A DNA stretch of 64,000 nt from Pseudomonadota bacterium (lineage in GTDB: Bacteria; Pseudomonadota; Gammaproteobacteria; Burkholderiales; Casimicrobiaceae): contig JAFEDF010000239.1 of NCBI GenBank assembly GCA_018241785.1, positions 26,144-90,143 of the forward strand. Reading direction: 5' to 3'. The notes beneath the pieces are model-generated. The model saw only the letters and a list, made by a program, of their open reading frames with translations. It did not search any database and was not told the origin of the DNA. The position numbers were made by a program, and so were the translations under genes. Below, piece after piece: positions 23,324 to 36,658 of this stretch. Numbering within the stretch: position 1 is the stretch's first letter; each line of letters opens with the position of its first letter.

Positions 23324-25743
23324 GGTTTCCGTGACAGGGCCGCGATCAGCGCATCGTTCTCCGCCGCGGTGCCGACCGTGATGCGCAGGCAGTTGGCGAG
23401 GAGCGGGTGCGCGCCGTGGACATTCTTCACCAGGATGCCGGCCTCGCGCAACGCCGTCGAAGTCGCGCCTGCGTCCGCAACGCGCACGAGGACGAAGTTG
23501 GCCTCGCTCGGGAACACGCGCACGCCGGGGAGCGCGGCGAGCGCCGCGGCGAGGCGAGCGCGCTCAGCGCGCACCGCCGCCGCCTGCTGCGCGAACGGCG
23601 CCGGGTCGGCGAGGAGCACCGTCGCGGCGGCCTGGGTGAGCGCGTTGAGGTTGTAGGGCGAACGCAGCGCGTCGAGCGGGCGCGTCCATGCGCGGTCACC
23701 GACGGCGTAGCCGAGGCGCAGGCCGGCCATGCCGGTCTTGGAGAGCGTGCGCAGCACGAGCAGGTTGGAAAACCGCTGCGCGCGGCCGAGGATCGACTCG
23801 CGCGCGTAGGCGCAGTACGCTTCGTCGACGACGACGAGGCCGGGTGCAGCGCGCAGGATCCGCTCGATCGAGTCGCGTGGAAACAGCGTGCCGGTCGGGT
23901 TGTTGGGCGACGCGAGCCAGACGAGCGCCGGGTGCTCGCGCGCGATCGCAGCGAGCATCGCTCCGACGTCGAGCTCGAGGTCGGCATCGAGCGGGACACC
24001 GACGTAGCGCACCCCCGCGTGCTTCGCGTAGATCGCATACATGACGAACGTCGGCTCCGGCGCGAGCACCACGGCGCCCGGCCGCGCGACCATCGTCGTG
24101 ATGAGCTGGATGAGCTCGTCCGAGCCGTTGCCGAGCACGAGCCCCGTCGCGTCGGCAAGGCCGAGCGTCGTGCGGAGCGCGCCCTGCACGGCGTCGGCGC
24201 CGCCGTCCGGGTAGCGATTGAGCGGGATCGCGGCAAGGGCCGCGGCGAGCGCCGGACGCAGCGCGTCGGGCAGCGCGAATGGGCTCTCGTTCGCGTCGAG
24301 CTTGATCATCGACCCGGCTTTCGGCACCGCGTAGGCGGACATCGCGAGGACGTCCTGTCGCACCGTGCGGGCGGCAACCGCCGCGGCATCGCGCGCGACG
24401 GCGTCGTCGCCGAGCGGGGTCGCAACCGGCTTCGCCGCCCGCGCTTCGGCCGAGCGCGCGTGCGCGACGAGCCCCTCGCCTCGCGCCAGCGTCGACGCGA
24501 TTCCGGCGAGCACGCCTGCCGTGGCGGAGTTGATGCGCAGGATGCTGCTGCGCTTCTGGAAATCGTGGACGCCGAGCGGCGACGAGAAGCGCGCCGTGCG
24601 GCCGGTCGGCAGCACGTGGTCGGGCCCGGCGCAGTAGTCGCCGAAGGCTTCGCAGGCATGATGGCCAAGGAAGATCGCTCCGGCGTGACGGATCTTCGGC
24701 AGCAGGGCGTCGGGGTCCGCCACGGCGAGCTCGAGGTGTTCGGGAGCGATCCGATTGGCGATCGCGCAGGCCTCGTCGAGGTCGCGCACACGGATGAGCG
24801 CACCGCGGTGTGCGACCGACGCCGCGATGATCGCCGCACGCGGCATTTCGGCGACGAGGCGCGCAGCGCTCGCCGCGACGCGCTCGATCAGCCCGGCATC
24901 GGGGGTGACGAGAAGCGCCTGCGCGAGCTCGTCGTGCTCGGCCTGCGCGAAGAGGTCGAGCGCGACCCAGTCGGGGTTCGCAGTCGCGTCGGCGAGGACG
25001 AGGACCTCCGAGGCCCCCGCGACCATGTCGATGCCGACGGTGCCGAACACGCGGCGTTTGGCGGCCGCCACGTACGCGTTGCCGGGGCCGCAGATCTTGT
25101 CGACCGGTCGAATCGTCTCGGTGCCATAGGCGAGTGCGGCGATCGCCTGCGCGCCACCGATCGCGAACGCCTGCGTGACACCAGCAAGGTGCGCCGCGGC
25201 GAGCACCAGCGGGTTGCGCTCGCCGCCCGGGGCCGGCACCGCCATGACGATCTCGCGCACCCCGGCGACCTGGGCAGGAATCGCGTTCATCAGCACCGAC
25301 GACGGGTAAGCCGCCTTGCCGCCTGGAACGTAGATGCCGGTGCGATCGATCGGCGTCACGCGCTGGCCGAGCGTGCTGCCCTCGGCGTCGCCGAGCACGA
25401 ATTCGCCCCCGCGCTGGTGCTCGTGGAACTCGCGGATCCGGTGCGCCGCGGCGGCGAGCGCCTCGCGCATCGGCGCGGGGAGCGCGTCGTGTGCGGCATG
25501 CATCGCATCGGCGCCGATCGCAAGCCCGGCGGCCGACGCGACGGTGTGACGATCGAAGCGCGCCGTGTATTCGACGAGCGCGGCGTCGCCGCGGCGGCGC
25601 ACGTCGGCGATGATCGCGGCGACGACACGGTCGACTTCGGGGTCCTGCGCGGCTTCGAAGGCGACGAGCTGCCCGAGCGCGGCGTCGAAATCCGCCGCCG
25701 ACGAATCGAGCCTGCGCCACGCGAGCGGCGACGCCGTGGTCAC
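23320..25743 (-). CDS. hisD-hisC: Fused histidinol dehydrogenase / histidinol-phosphate aminotransferase (HisD-HisC), 807 aa
   Basis: GTG 25743 overlaps the hisG stop. HisD motifs (YVPGGKA, QAEH, APEHL, HVLPT, HARSA) continue without a stop into HisC (KLDANE, GNGSDE, SPNNPTG, VDEAY, RTLSK..GLRLGY). Confidence 0.92.
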   Translation of the reverse strand: MTTASPLAWRRLDSSAADFDAALGQLVAFEAAQDPEVDRVVAAIIADVRRRGDAALVEYTARFDRHTVASAAGLAIGADAMHAAHDALPAPMREALAAAAHRIREFHEHQRGGEFVLGDAEGSTLGQRVTPIDRTGIYVPGGKAAYPSSVLMNAIPAQVAGVREIVMAVPAPGGERNPLVLAAAHLAGVTQAFAIGGAQAIAALAYGTETIRPVDKICGPGNAYVAAAKRRVFGTVGIDMVAGASEVLVLADATANPDWVALDLFAQAEHDELAQALLVTPDAGLIERVAASAARLVAEMPRAAIIAASVAHRGALIRVRDLDEACAIANRIAPEHLELAVADPDALLPKIRHAGAIFLGHHACEAFGDYCAGPDHVLPTGRTARFSSPLGVHDFQKRSSILRINSATAGVLAGIASTLARGEGLVAHARSAEARAAKPVATPLGDDAVARDAAAVAARTVRQDVLAMSAYAVPKAGSMIKLDANESPFALPDALRPALAAALAAIPLNRYPDGGADAVQGALRTTLGLADATGLVLGNGSDELIQLITTMVARPGAVVLAPEPTFVMYAIYAKHAGVRYVGVPLDADLELDVGAMLAAIAREHPALVWLASPNNPTGTLFPRDSIERILRAAPGLVVVDEAYCAYARESILGRAQRFSNLLVLRTLSKTGMAGLRLGYAVGDRAWTRPLDALRSPYNLNALTQAAATVLLADPAPFAQQAAAVRAERARLAAALAALPGVRVFPSEANFVLVRVADAGATSTALREAGILVKNVHGAHPLLANCLRITVGTAAENDALIAALSRKP

Positions 25744-26408
25744 CGTCCGGCCCCGGCGGCGCCCCGCGCCGCGACCGCCGCCTCGATCGCGTCGTGCACC
25801 GGCTTCACCTCGGCACGCCGGAGCTTCAGCGCGGCCGGATTCACGATCAGCCGCGAGCTGATCGGCATGATGTCCTCGACGGCGACGAGGTCGTTGGCCT
25901 TGAGGGTATTGCCCGTCGACACGAGATCGACGATCGCATCGGCGAGTCCCGCGAGCGGGGCGAGCTCCATCGAGCCGTAGAGCTTGATCAGGTCGACGTG
26001 CATCCCCTTCGCCGCGAAGTGCTCGCGCGCCACCCGCACGTACTTGGTCGCGACGCGGATGCGCGCGCCGCGCTGCACGCTGTGCGCCCAGTCGTAGCTC
26101 CGGTGCGCCGCGACCACGAGCCGGCAGCGGCCGATGCCGAGGTCGACCGGCTGGTAGAGCCCGTCGCCGCCGTGCTCCAGCAGCACGTCCCGTCCGGCGA
26201 CACCCAGAGCGGCCGCGCCGTACTGGACGTAGGTCGGGACGTCGGTGGCGCGCAGCACGACCACCGACGCGCGTGCGTCGGAGGTCGCGAGGATCAGCCT
26301 GCGCGACGAGCGCGGGTCCTCGACCGGAACGATCCCCGCTTCGGCCAGGAGCGGCAGCGTCTCGTCGAGAATGCGCCCCTTGGACAGGGCAATGGTGACG
26401 GTAGGCAT
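25740..26408 (-). CDS. hisG: ATP phosphoribosyltransferase, short form (HisZ-dependent type)
   Basis: [39 protein letters not shown]; 222 aa with no C-terminal regulatory domain. Confidence 0.96.
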   Translation of the reverse strand: MPTVTIALSKGRILDETLPLLAEAGIVPVEDPRSSRRLILATSDARASVVVLRATDVPTYVQYGAAALGVAGRDVLLEHGGDGLYQPVDLGIGRCRLVVAAHRSYDWAHSVQRGARIRVATKYVRVAREHFAAKGMHVDLIKLYGSMELAPLAGLADAIVDLVSTGNTLKANDLVAVEDIMPISSRLIVNPAALKLRRAEVKPVHDAIEAAVAARGAAGAGR

Positions 26409-26441
26409 CGGAACGGGGCGCGCGGGCGCGCCCGAAATCCG

Positions 26442-26447
26442 TGATTC
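26442..26447 (-). promoter_or_regulatory. -10 box (TAGAAT) for the his operon
   Basis: Plus-strand ATTCTA 33 nt upstream of the hisG ATG. Confidence 0.45.
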
Positions 26448-26488
26448 TAGTGGGTCGCCGCAGCGGGCCCGCGGCGCAGTGCACCGGG

Positions 26489-27328
26489 TCACTGGCGCGG
26501 CGTGCGCACGTTCGGCGGCGGCGGAGCTCCGGCGTTGCTGCGAAACGGGTTGATCTCGATGCCGCCGCGGCGCGTGAAGCGCGCGTAGACGGAAAGCACT
26601 GCCGGGCGGCAGCGGCGCATGACGTCGACGAAGATGCGCTCGACGCAGTGCTCGTGGAAGCCCGGATGGCGGCGATACGACACGAGGTAGCGCAGGAGGC
26701 CCACGCGGTCGATCGGCGGCCCGCGGTAGGCGATCTGCACCGAAGCGATGTCGGGCTGCCCGGTCACCGGGCACACCGAGCGGAACAGGCGGGTGACGAG
26801 GGTCTCGGCCGTTTCGGCGCCGTGCGCGCCGAGCGACGACGGATCGACGTCGTAGCGGTCGCAGTCGGCGTCGAGGGCGTCGATCGACTCGCCGGCGAGC
26901 TCGCGCATCGCGAGCGCCGCGAATTGCTCCGGTCCTGCCAGCGTCACCGCAACCGCCGCACCGGCGACCCGCGCGAGGTCGGAGCGCAGGACTGCGGCGA
27001 CCTCGGCGGCCGATCGCCACTGCGTCTGCGCGAACGAGCCGAGGTAGAGCTTCATCGACTTCGACTCGACGATCGACGGCGAATCGGCGGGGACCTCGAT
27101 CGTCGCCAGCGCGACCTGCGGCCGGCCGCCCGAACCGAGCCAGGTGAGCTCGTAGGCGGTCCACTGGTCGCAGCCGCCGAACGGCAGCTCCGCACCGATG
27201 CCGATCGCCTCGCGCTGCGGCGCGCGCGCGATCGCGAACAGCGCGTCGGGTGCGTAGCGGTCCGGGTACCCGGTTGCGCGGCCGAGCGGCGAGCCGTCGA
27301 GTGCGGCGGCGGGATCCGGCGGGCTCAT
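26489..27328 (-). CDS. queF: NADPH-dependent preQ0 reductase (long, type II QueF)
   Basis: [14 protein letters not shown], catalytic [33 protein letters not shown]. Confidence 0.96.
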   Translation of the reverse strand: MSPPDPAAALDGSPLGRATGYPDRYAPDALFAIARAPQREAIGIGAELPFGGCDQWTAYELTWLGSGGRPQVALATIEVPADSPSIVESKSMKLYLGSFAQTQWRSAAEVAAVLRSDLARVAGAAVAVTLAGPEQFAALAMRELAGESIDALDADCDRYDVDPSSLGAHGAETAETLVTRLFRSVCPVTGQPDIASVQIAYRGPPIDRVGLLRYLVSYRRHPGFHEHCVERIFVDVMRRCRPAVLSVYARFTRRGGIEINPFRSNAGAPPPPNVRTPRQ

Positions 27329-27390
27329 CGTTGAGCGGCGGACTCGATCATCGGTGAGCGGCAGCTTTGCCGGGCGACGCGGCGCCCCGG

Positions 27391-30634
<3,244 letters not shown>

Positions 30635-30663
30635 CGGCCGGGCCCGTACCGCTGCGGCACCGA

Positions 30664-31008
30664 TCAGGCGATCAGCTCGTCGACGCCGTAGACCGCGGCC
30701 AGCGAGCGAAGCGCTTGCGGAACGCCGACGACCGCGAGTGCGACACCCTCGCTCGCCGCGCGGCGTCGGAGCGCGATCAGCACGGCGAGCGCCGCCGAAT
30801 CGGCGTGGCGCAGTTCGCCGATGTCGACGGTTCCTCCGGCGGGAAGGGGCAACGCCGACGACGCCTGCATCACGGCGGCGGCGTTGGCGAACGTGAGGTC
30901 ACCTGCGTAGCGCCAGCCGGTCTCGGTCGCGATGAACCCGCCGGCGGTGCCGTCGCCGACCCCGCCATCGGGTGGCTGCGCCCCCGCTTCGCGGCAGGCG
31001 ACGCTCAC
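30664..31008 (-). CDS. mlaB: STAS-domain protein MlaB
   Basis: GDLTFANA, DSAALAVL, LAAVYGV; GTG overlaps the mlaC stop; position in the mla operon. Confidence 0.85.
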   Translation of the reverse strand: MSVACREAGAQPPDGGVGDGTAGGFIATETGWRYAGDLTFANAAAVMQASSALPLPAGGTVDIGELRHADSAALAVLIALRRRAASEGVALAVVGVPQALRSLAAVYGVDELIA

Positions 31009-31673
31009 TTCGCGCCCGCCCCGCCGTTCTTGGCCTCGAGCGCCTTGATGAGGCCGTCGATGCCGCCGCGCTGGATCTCGGCGTTGAACTCGTCGCGGTA
31101 GTTGGTGACGAGGGACACCCCGCCGACGACCACGTCGTAGGCTTTCCATCCGGACGCAGTCTTCTCCATGCTGTAATCGATCTGCACCGGCGCCTGCCCG
31201 GGCTGCTCGACCTGCGTGCGCACGGTGACGTCGGTGGCGCCGGCATCGCTGCGAAGCGGCAGGTACTTGATCGTCTGGTCGCGGTACTGGTTGAGGGCGC
31301 CCGAGTAAGTGCGCACGAGGAGCGTCTTGAACTGCCCGGCGAGCACTTTCTTCTGCTCGGGCGTCGCCTGCCTCCAGCCGCGCCCGGCGGCGAGCGCCGT
31401 CATGCGCTCGAAATCGAAGTAAGGCGTGAGGCGCGTCTCGATCACTTCGCGGATGCGCGCCTGGTCGCCGGCCTGGATCCTCGCGTCGGACTTGATGAGC
31501 GCAAGGACCTCCCCGGTGACGCGCTTGACGAGCGCGTCGGGAGCCTCGTCGGCCGCCGCGCGGACGATCGGTGGGGCAAACGCGACGAGCGCGACGCCGA
31601 TGAACGCGAGCGCGAGCAGGCGCCGCGCGCCAGCGGGAACCAGGCGAAGCGCCGGAAGGCGATGGAGGCTCAT
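31005..31673 (-). CDS. mlaC: Periplasmic phospholipid-binding protein MlaC
   Basis: Signal peptide, FDFERMT, LLVRTYS, WKAYDVVVGGVSLVTNYRDEF. Confidence 0.95.
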   Translation of the reverse strand: MSLHRLPALRLVPAGARRLLALAFIGVALVAFAPPIVRAAADEAPDALVKRVTGEVLALIKSDARIQAGDQARIREVIETRLTPYFDFERMTALAAGRGWRQATPEQKKVLAGQFKTLLVRTYSGALNQYRDQTIKYLPLRSDAGATDVTVRTQVEQPGQAPVQIDYSMEKTASGWKAYDVVVGGVSLVTNYRDEFNAEIQRGGIDGLIKALEAKNGGAGAK

Positions 31674-32380
31674 GGACTGTCCTTTTCCGGCGGCGGCTTG
31701 CCGTCGTAGAGCAGGTAGCGGCGATGCTGCAGATAGGCGCGCCGGATGAACGCATACGGGTCGAGAGCGGCCGAGAGCGCCACCGCTTCGGCGGAGAGCG
31801 CCTGCGCGCGCGCGTTGAGCGCGCCGATCCCGTACAGCGTGTTGCGCAGCGGCACGTCGGGAATGTAGCCGACCGGGCCCATGTAGAGCTCGACGAGGCT
31901 CCCGGTGCCGTCGCGCACCGTCGTCGGGCCCCAGACGGGGACGAACAGGTACGGTCCCTGCGGGAAGCCCCAGACGCCGAGCGTCAGGCCGAAGTCCTCG
32001 TTGCCCTTGGGGATGCCCGCCTCGGTGGCGATGTCGATCAGCCCGCCGAGGCCGAAGCCGGTGTTGAGGATCACCCGCCCCATGTCGTTGCCTGCCTTGT
32101 CGAGCTTGCCCTGCAGGAAATCGTTGATGACCGACACGAAATCGCGGACGTTGCCGAAGAAGTTGGCGACCGCCGTCTGGACCGGCTTCGGCGTGTACGC
32201 GACGTACGCCTGCGCGATCGGCCTGACGAAGTGACCGTCGACGACTTCGTTCACCTTGAACGACGCGCGGTTCATCGGCTCGAACGGATCGTCGCGGTTG
32301 GGCGCCACCGCGCAGCCGGCGAGCATCGCGGCAAGCGCGAGCACGCCGAGACGGCCGGCGACGACGCGGGCCGCGCTCAC
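31670..32380 (-). CDS. mlaA: MlaA/VacJ lipoprotein
   Basis: Lipobox LAGC, DPFEPMNR, NEDFGLTLG, GPYLFVPVWGP, DPYAFIR. Confidence 0.95.
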   Translation of the reverse strand: MSAARVVAGRLGVLALAAMLAGCAVAPNRDDPFEPMNRASFKVNEVVDGHFVRPIAQAYVAYTPKPVQTAVANFFGNVRDFVSVINDFLQGKLDKAGNDMGRVILNTGFGLGGLIDIATEAGIPKGNEDFGLTLGVWGFPQGPYLFVPVWGPTTVRDGTGSLVELYMGPVGYIPDVPLRNTLYGIGALNARAQALSAEAVALSAALDPYAFIRRAYLQHRRYLLYDGKPPPEKDSP

Positions 32381-32877
32381 TTTGCCCCTCCGCTGCCCGC
32401 TGCCGCAGCCGGCGCGCCGCCGTTGCCTGCCGCGCGATCGAACATGAACTGGCTGATGAGCTTCTCCAGCACGATCGCCGACTGCGTCTTGGCGATCCGG
32501 TCGCCGTTGGCGAGCATCTTCGTGTCCCCGCCGGAGTCGAGCCCGATGTACACCTCGCCGAGGAGCCCCGACGTGAGAATGGAGGCGATCGTGTCCTTGG
32601 TGAACTCGTAGCCGTGATCGATTCGCATCGTCACCACCGCCTGGTAGGTCTTCGGATCGAGCTGGATCGCCTCGACCCGGCCGACGACGACCCCGGCCGC
32701 CTTGACGGGCGCGCGCAGCTTCAGTCCGCCGATGTTGTCGAACTCGGCGATGAGCCGATAGCCCGCGTCATGGCTCACGGTGAGCAGGTTCCCGACCTTG
32801 AGCGACAGGAACAGGATCGCCGCGATGCCGAGGGTGACGAACACCCCCACCCACAGATCCAGCGTCGAGCGATTCAT
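32377..32877 (-). CDS. mlaD: MCE-domain protein MlaD
   Basis: FDNIGGLKLRAPVKAAGVVVGRV, TSGLLGEVYI. Confidence 0.96.
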   Translation of the reverse strand: MNRSTLDLWVGVFVTLGIAAILFLSLKVGNLLTVSHDAGYRLIAEFDNIGGLKLRAPVKAAGVVVGRVEAIQLDPKTYQAVVTMRIDHGYEFTKDTIASILTSGLLGEVYIGLDSGGDTKMLANGDRIAKTQSAIVLEKLISQFMFDRAAGNGGAPAAAAGSGGAK

Positions 32878-32926
32878 CGCGCACCCGCCCGCGCGGCACC
32901 CGCCGCGCCGTCCGATCGAACACGCC

Positions 32927-33730
32927 TCATGCGCCCACCCCCCGGAACATGAATACCGTCAGCACGAAGTCGAGCGCCAGGATGGAGAGCGAGCTCGCGA
33001 CCACGGTGCGCGTCGTCGCCGTTGACACGCCCGCTGCCGTCGGACGGGCGTTGTATCCCTCGAACACGGCGATCAGGCTCACGGCGACCCCGAAAACGAT
33101 GCTCTTGATGATTCCGTTGACGATGTCGTAGCGAAAATCCACCGCCGACTGCATGTTGCCCCAGAACGAGCCGGCGTCGATGCCGATCAGCTTCACGCCG
33201 ACGAGATAGGCGCCGAAGATGCCGAGCGTCGAGAACAGCGCCGCGAGCAGCGGCATCGACACGATCCCGCCGAAGAAGCGCGGCGCGACCACGCGCGCGA
33301 GGGGATCGACCGCCATCATCTCCATCGCCGAGAGCTGCTCGGTCGTCTTCATCAGGCCGATCTCGGCGGTGATCGCGCTCCCGGCGCGGCTCGCGAACAG
33401 CAGTCCCGCGACAACGGGCCCGAGTTCGCGCACGAGCGACAGCGCAACCAGCACGCCGAGCGACTCGTTCGCTCCGTAGCGCGTCAGCACGTCGTATCCC
33501 TGCAGGGCGAGGACCATGCCGACGAAGAGCCCCGACACGAGGATGATGACGAGGGACAGCACGCCCGAGAAATAGATCTCGCGCAGTGTCAGCGACAGCC
33601 GCCGCAGCGCCGCCGGCGAGTGCACGAGCACGGCGACCGAGAAGCGCGCCGCGAAACCGAGCCGCTCGACCGAGCCCAGCGTCGCCCGGCCCACGCGCCG
33701 CAGCGCCCAGGCGACCGAGTCAGGCCGCAC
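32927..33730 (-). CDS. mlaE: Mla permease MlaE
   Basis: LVRELGPVV, GSAITAEIGLMK, PTAAGVSTATTRTVV. Confidence 0.96.
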   Translation of the reverse strand: MRPDSVAWALRRVGRATLGSVERLGFAARFSVAVLVHSPAALRRLSLTLREIYFSGVLSLVIILVSGLFVGMVLALQGYDVLTRYGANESLGVLVALSLVRELGPVVAGLLFASRAGSAITAEIGLMKTTEQLSAMEMMAVDPLARVVAPRFFGGIVSMPLLAALFSTLGIFGAYLVGVKLIGIDAGSFWGNMQSAVDFRYDIVNGIIKSIVFGVAVSLIAVFEGYNARPTAAGVSTATTRTVVASSLSILALDFVLTVFMFRGVGA

Positions 33731-34559
33731 GCGCGAAATCCTCGCCGAGCGGACGCGCCGGGTAGTGGAACGGCACCGGGCCGTCCGCCGCGCCGTCGAC
33801 GAACTGGCGCACGAATGCCTCGCTCGATGCGCGCACCTCGGCCGGCGTTCCGCGCGACACGATGCGGCCCTCCGACACGAAGTAGATGTAGTCGACGATC
33901 TTCAGCGACTCGTAGATGTCGTGCGTGACGACGACCGACGTGATGCCGAGTGCGTCGTTGAGGCGCCTGATCAGCTGGCCGACGATGCCGAGCGAGATCG
34001 GATCGAGCCCCGCGAAGGGCTCGTCGTACATGACGAGCATCGGATCGAGCGCGATCGCGCGGGCGAGCGCGACGCGACGCGCCATGCCGCCCGAGAGCTC
34101 GGACGGGGTGAGCCCCGCGGCGCCGCGCAGGCCCACCGCGTTGAGCTTCATCAGCACGAGGTCGCGAATGAGTTCCTCGGGAAGCTCGGTGTGCTCGCGC
34201 AGCGGGAAGGCGATGTTCTCGAATACCGACATGTCGGTGAACAGCGCCCCCATCTGGAACAGCATGCCGATCTTGCGCCGCATCGCGAACAGCTCCTCGC
34301 GCTCGAGGCTCGCGACATCGCGCCCGTCGACCAGCACCTGCCCGCGCTGCGGGCGCAGCTGGCCGCCGATCAGGCGCAGGATCGTCGTCTTGCCGCAGCC
34401 CGAGCCCCCCATGATCGCGACGACCTTGCCGCGAGGCACCGACATGTCGATCCCGCTGAGAATCGTCCGGCGGCGCTCGTAGCCGAACGAGACGTCCTTC
34501 AGCAAGACGGTGGCGCCGGCGCCGCCGGCGTCATTCCCGGCTGGAACAGTGTCTGGCAT
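33720..34559 (-). CDS. mlaF: Mla ATP-binding protein MlaF
   Basis: GGSGCGKTT, ELSGGMARRVALARA, YDEPFAGLDP. A TACAAT box (34586-34591) and an AGGA SD lie upstream. Confidence 0.96.
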   Translation of the reverse strand: MPDTVPAGNDAGGAGATVLLKDVSFGYERRRTILSGIDMSVPRGKVVAIMGGSGCGKTTILRLIGGQLRPQRGQVLVDGRDVASLEREELFAMRRKIGMLFQMGALFTDMSVFENIAFPLREHTELPEELIRDLVLMKLNAVGLRGAAGLTPSELSGGMARRVALARAIALDPMLVMYDEPFAGLDPISLGIVGQLIRRLNDALGITSVVVTHDIYESLKIVDYIYFVSEGRIVSRGTPAEVRASSEAFVRQFVDGAADGPVPFHYPARPLGEDFARAA

Positions 34560-34625
34560 GGAATTCCTGCGAAATGCGAACGGGCATTGTATCCGCAGCG
34601 TTTCGGGCCCCGCAATGACCGCGGG

Positions 34626-36596
34626 TCATCGCGTGCGCGGGCCGTCGAGGAGTCGCGTTTCCGCGCGCACGAGGTCGACGGGCTGACCGAGCAGCACGAC
34701 GGCGTCACCGGCCTCGAAGCGCCAGTCGGTGCCGGGGCGCACCGATCGCGCACCGTGGCGCCTGACGCCGGTCACCTCGACGTTCCCCTGCAGCCCGATG
34801 GCGCCGAGCGTGCGCCCCGCCGCCCAGGCGCGCTCGGAAAGCAGGATCGTGCGCAACCGCGGCTGCAGGTTGTCGGCCGCCTCGGCGTCGCTCGCACCGT
34901 GGAAGAACCCGCGAAACAGCCCGTAGCGCTCCTCGCGGATCGCGCGGATGCGCTTCAGCACGCGGTTGAGCGGCAGCCCGAGCAGCAGCAGCGAATGCGA
35001 TGCGAGCATCAGGCTGCCCTCGAGGATCTCGGGCACCACCTCGGTCGCGCCGGCGGCGAGCAGCCGCTCGATCTCGCTGTCGTCGCGCGTGCGCACGACG
35101 ACGGGCAAGTCGGGCCGCAGCTGATGCACGTGATGCAGGATGCGCAGCGCCACCGGCGTGTCGGCGAAGGTGATCACGACCGCACGCGCGCGCTCGACGC
35201 CGGCCGAGACGAGCATTTCGCGGCGGCTCGCGTCGCCGTAGACGACGCTCGTCCCGTCGGCGGCGTCGCGAACGCGCTGCGGGTCGGCGTCGAGCGCGAC
35301 GTAGGAAATGTCCTCGCGCTCGAGCAGGCGCGCGAGGTTCTGGCCGCTGCGCCCGAATCCGCAGATCAGCACATGGCCCTGGCGCGCCATCGTGCGCGCG
35401 GCCACCTGGGTCACTTCGGCGGCGCGCGCGAGCCAGTCGTTCGCGGTCAGCCGCCGCACCAGCCGGTCCGCGTGCTGGATCATGAGCGGCGCGGCCAGCA
35501 TCGACAGGATCATCGCCGCGAGCGCGAGCTGCGTGAACGCTGGAGGCAGCAGTGCGTTCTCTGCCGCGAGGGCGAGCATGACGAGCGCGAACTCCCCCGC
35601 CTGCGCGAGGTAGACGCCGGTGCGAAGCGCGGTCGCCAGCGGCGAGCCGAACGCTCGCGCGAGCACGACGACGAGCGCGAACTTCACCACCACCACCACG
35701 GCGAACAGGAGGACGACCTCGACCGCCTGCACGGCGCCAACGCGAAGATCGAGGAGCATGCCCATCGTGACGAAGAACAGGCCGAGGAGCACGTCGCGGA
35801 ACGGCTTGATGTTCTCGTCGACCTGGTAGCGGAACTCGGTCTCGGCGATCAGCATGCCGGCAAGGAACGCGCCGAGCGCCAGCGACAGGCCGGCGAGCTG
35901 GGTGAGCTCGGCCATCGCGAGGGTGACCAGCAGCACGTTGAGCACGAAGAGCTCGGGCGAGCGCTGGCGCGCGACGAGGTGGAACCACACGCGCATCGGC
36001 TTCTGTCCGAAGTAGAGGATGAGCCCGAGTGCGAGCGCACCCTTGCCGAGCGCCTTCGCGAGCGCAATGCCGACGTCGGGACCGGGATGGCCGAGTGCCG
36101 GGATGAGCACGAGGAAGGCCACCACCGCGAGATCCTGGAAGAGCAGGATCCCGATCACGTCGCGCCCGTGCGGCGTGACGAGCTCCATCCGCTCGGCGAG
36201 CATCCGCGACACGATCGCCGTCGAGCTCATCGCGAGCGCACCGCCCAGCACCACTCCGACCTGCCACCTGTAGCCGAGGAGCTCGACGGCGACGGTGGCG
36301 CCGAGCGTCGTCAGCGCGACCTGCGCGAGGCCGAGGCCGAACACCGCGCGCCGCATCGCATGGAGCTGCGGCAGGCTGAACTCGAGACCGATCGAGAACA
36401 TCAGGAACACGATGCCGAACTCGGCGAGCCGCTGCGTCGCCGCGACATCGGGCACGACGGCGAGCGCGTGCGGTCCGAGCACGATGCCGACGATGATGTA
36501 GCCGAGGATCGGCGGCAGCCGCAGCGTGCGGCAGAGCGTGACGACGACCACCGACGAGGCGAGCAGAAGCAGCACGAGCAGGAGGGTCTCGGGCAT
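34626..36596 (-). CDS. CPA2 monovalent cation:proton antiporter (KefB/KefC-like) with TrkA-N and TrkA-C domains
   Basis: AEFGIVFLMFSIGLE, SSTAIV, FQDL, ICGFGRSG, then a C-terminal TrkA-C domain. Confidence 0.94.
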   Translation of the reverse strand: MPETLLLVLLLLASSVVVVTLCRTLRLPPILGYIIVGIVLGPHALAVVPDVAATQRLAEFGIVFLMFSIGLEFSLPQLHAMRRAVFGLGLAQVALTTLGATVAVELLGYRWQVGVVLGGALAMSSTAIVSRMLAERMELVTPHGRDVIGILLFQDLAVVAFLVLIPALGHPGPDVGIALAKALGKGALALGLILYFGQKPMRVWFHLVARQRSPELFVLNVLLVTLAMAELTQLAGLSLALGAFLAGMLIAETEFRYQVDENIKPFRDVLLGLFFVTMGMLLDLRVGAVQAVEVVLLFAVVVVVKFALVVVLARAFGSPLATALRTGVYLAQAGEFALVMLALAAENALLPPAFTQLALAAMILSMLAAPLMIQHADRLVRRLTANDWLARAAEVTQVAARTMARQGHVLICGFGRSGQNLARLLEREDISYVALDADPQRVRDAADGTSVVYGDASRREMLVSAGVERARAVVITFADTPVALRILHHVHQLRPDLPVVVRTRDDSEIERLLAAGATEVVPEILEGSLMLASHSLLLLGLPLNRVLKRIRAIREERYGLFRGFFHGASDAEAADNLQPRLRTILLSERAWAAGRTLGAIGLQGNVEVTGVRRHGARSVRPGTDWRFEAGDAVVLLGQPVDLVRAETRLLDGPRTR

Positions 36597-36602
36597 CGGC
36601 GA

Positions 36603-36651
36603 ACACTAGCATGGCGTTGTGCGGACGAGCGCCCAAGCGCGGCGGTATACT
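36603..36651. promoter_or_regulatory. Back-to-back divergent -10 boxes (minus TGC-TAGTGT at 36603-36611; plus TATACT at 36646-36651)
   Basis: Each hexamer sits 6-7 nt from the ATG of its gene, and neither gene has an SD. Confidence 0.55.
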
Positions 36652-36658
36652 CCGCGCG

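Noticed and set aside
23320-26484. 1054-aa ORF suggesting a triple HisG-HisD-HisC fusion
   Set aside because: The part upstream of 25743 is an off-frame reading of hisG, which has its own frame and stop at 25740; only HisD-HisC is fused.
31670-32380. mlaA located inside the mla operon
   Set aside because: Standard arrangement in Burkholderiales, not unusual.
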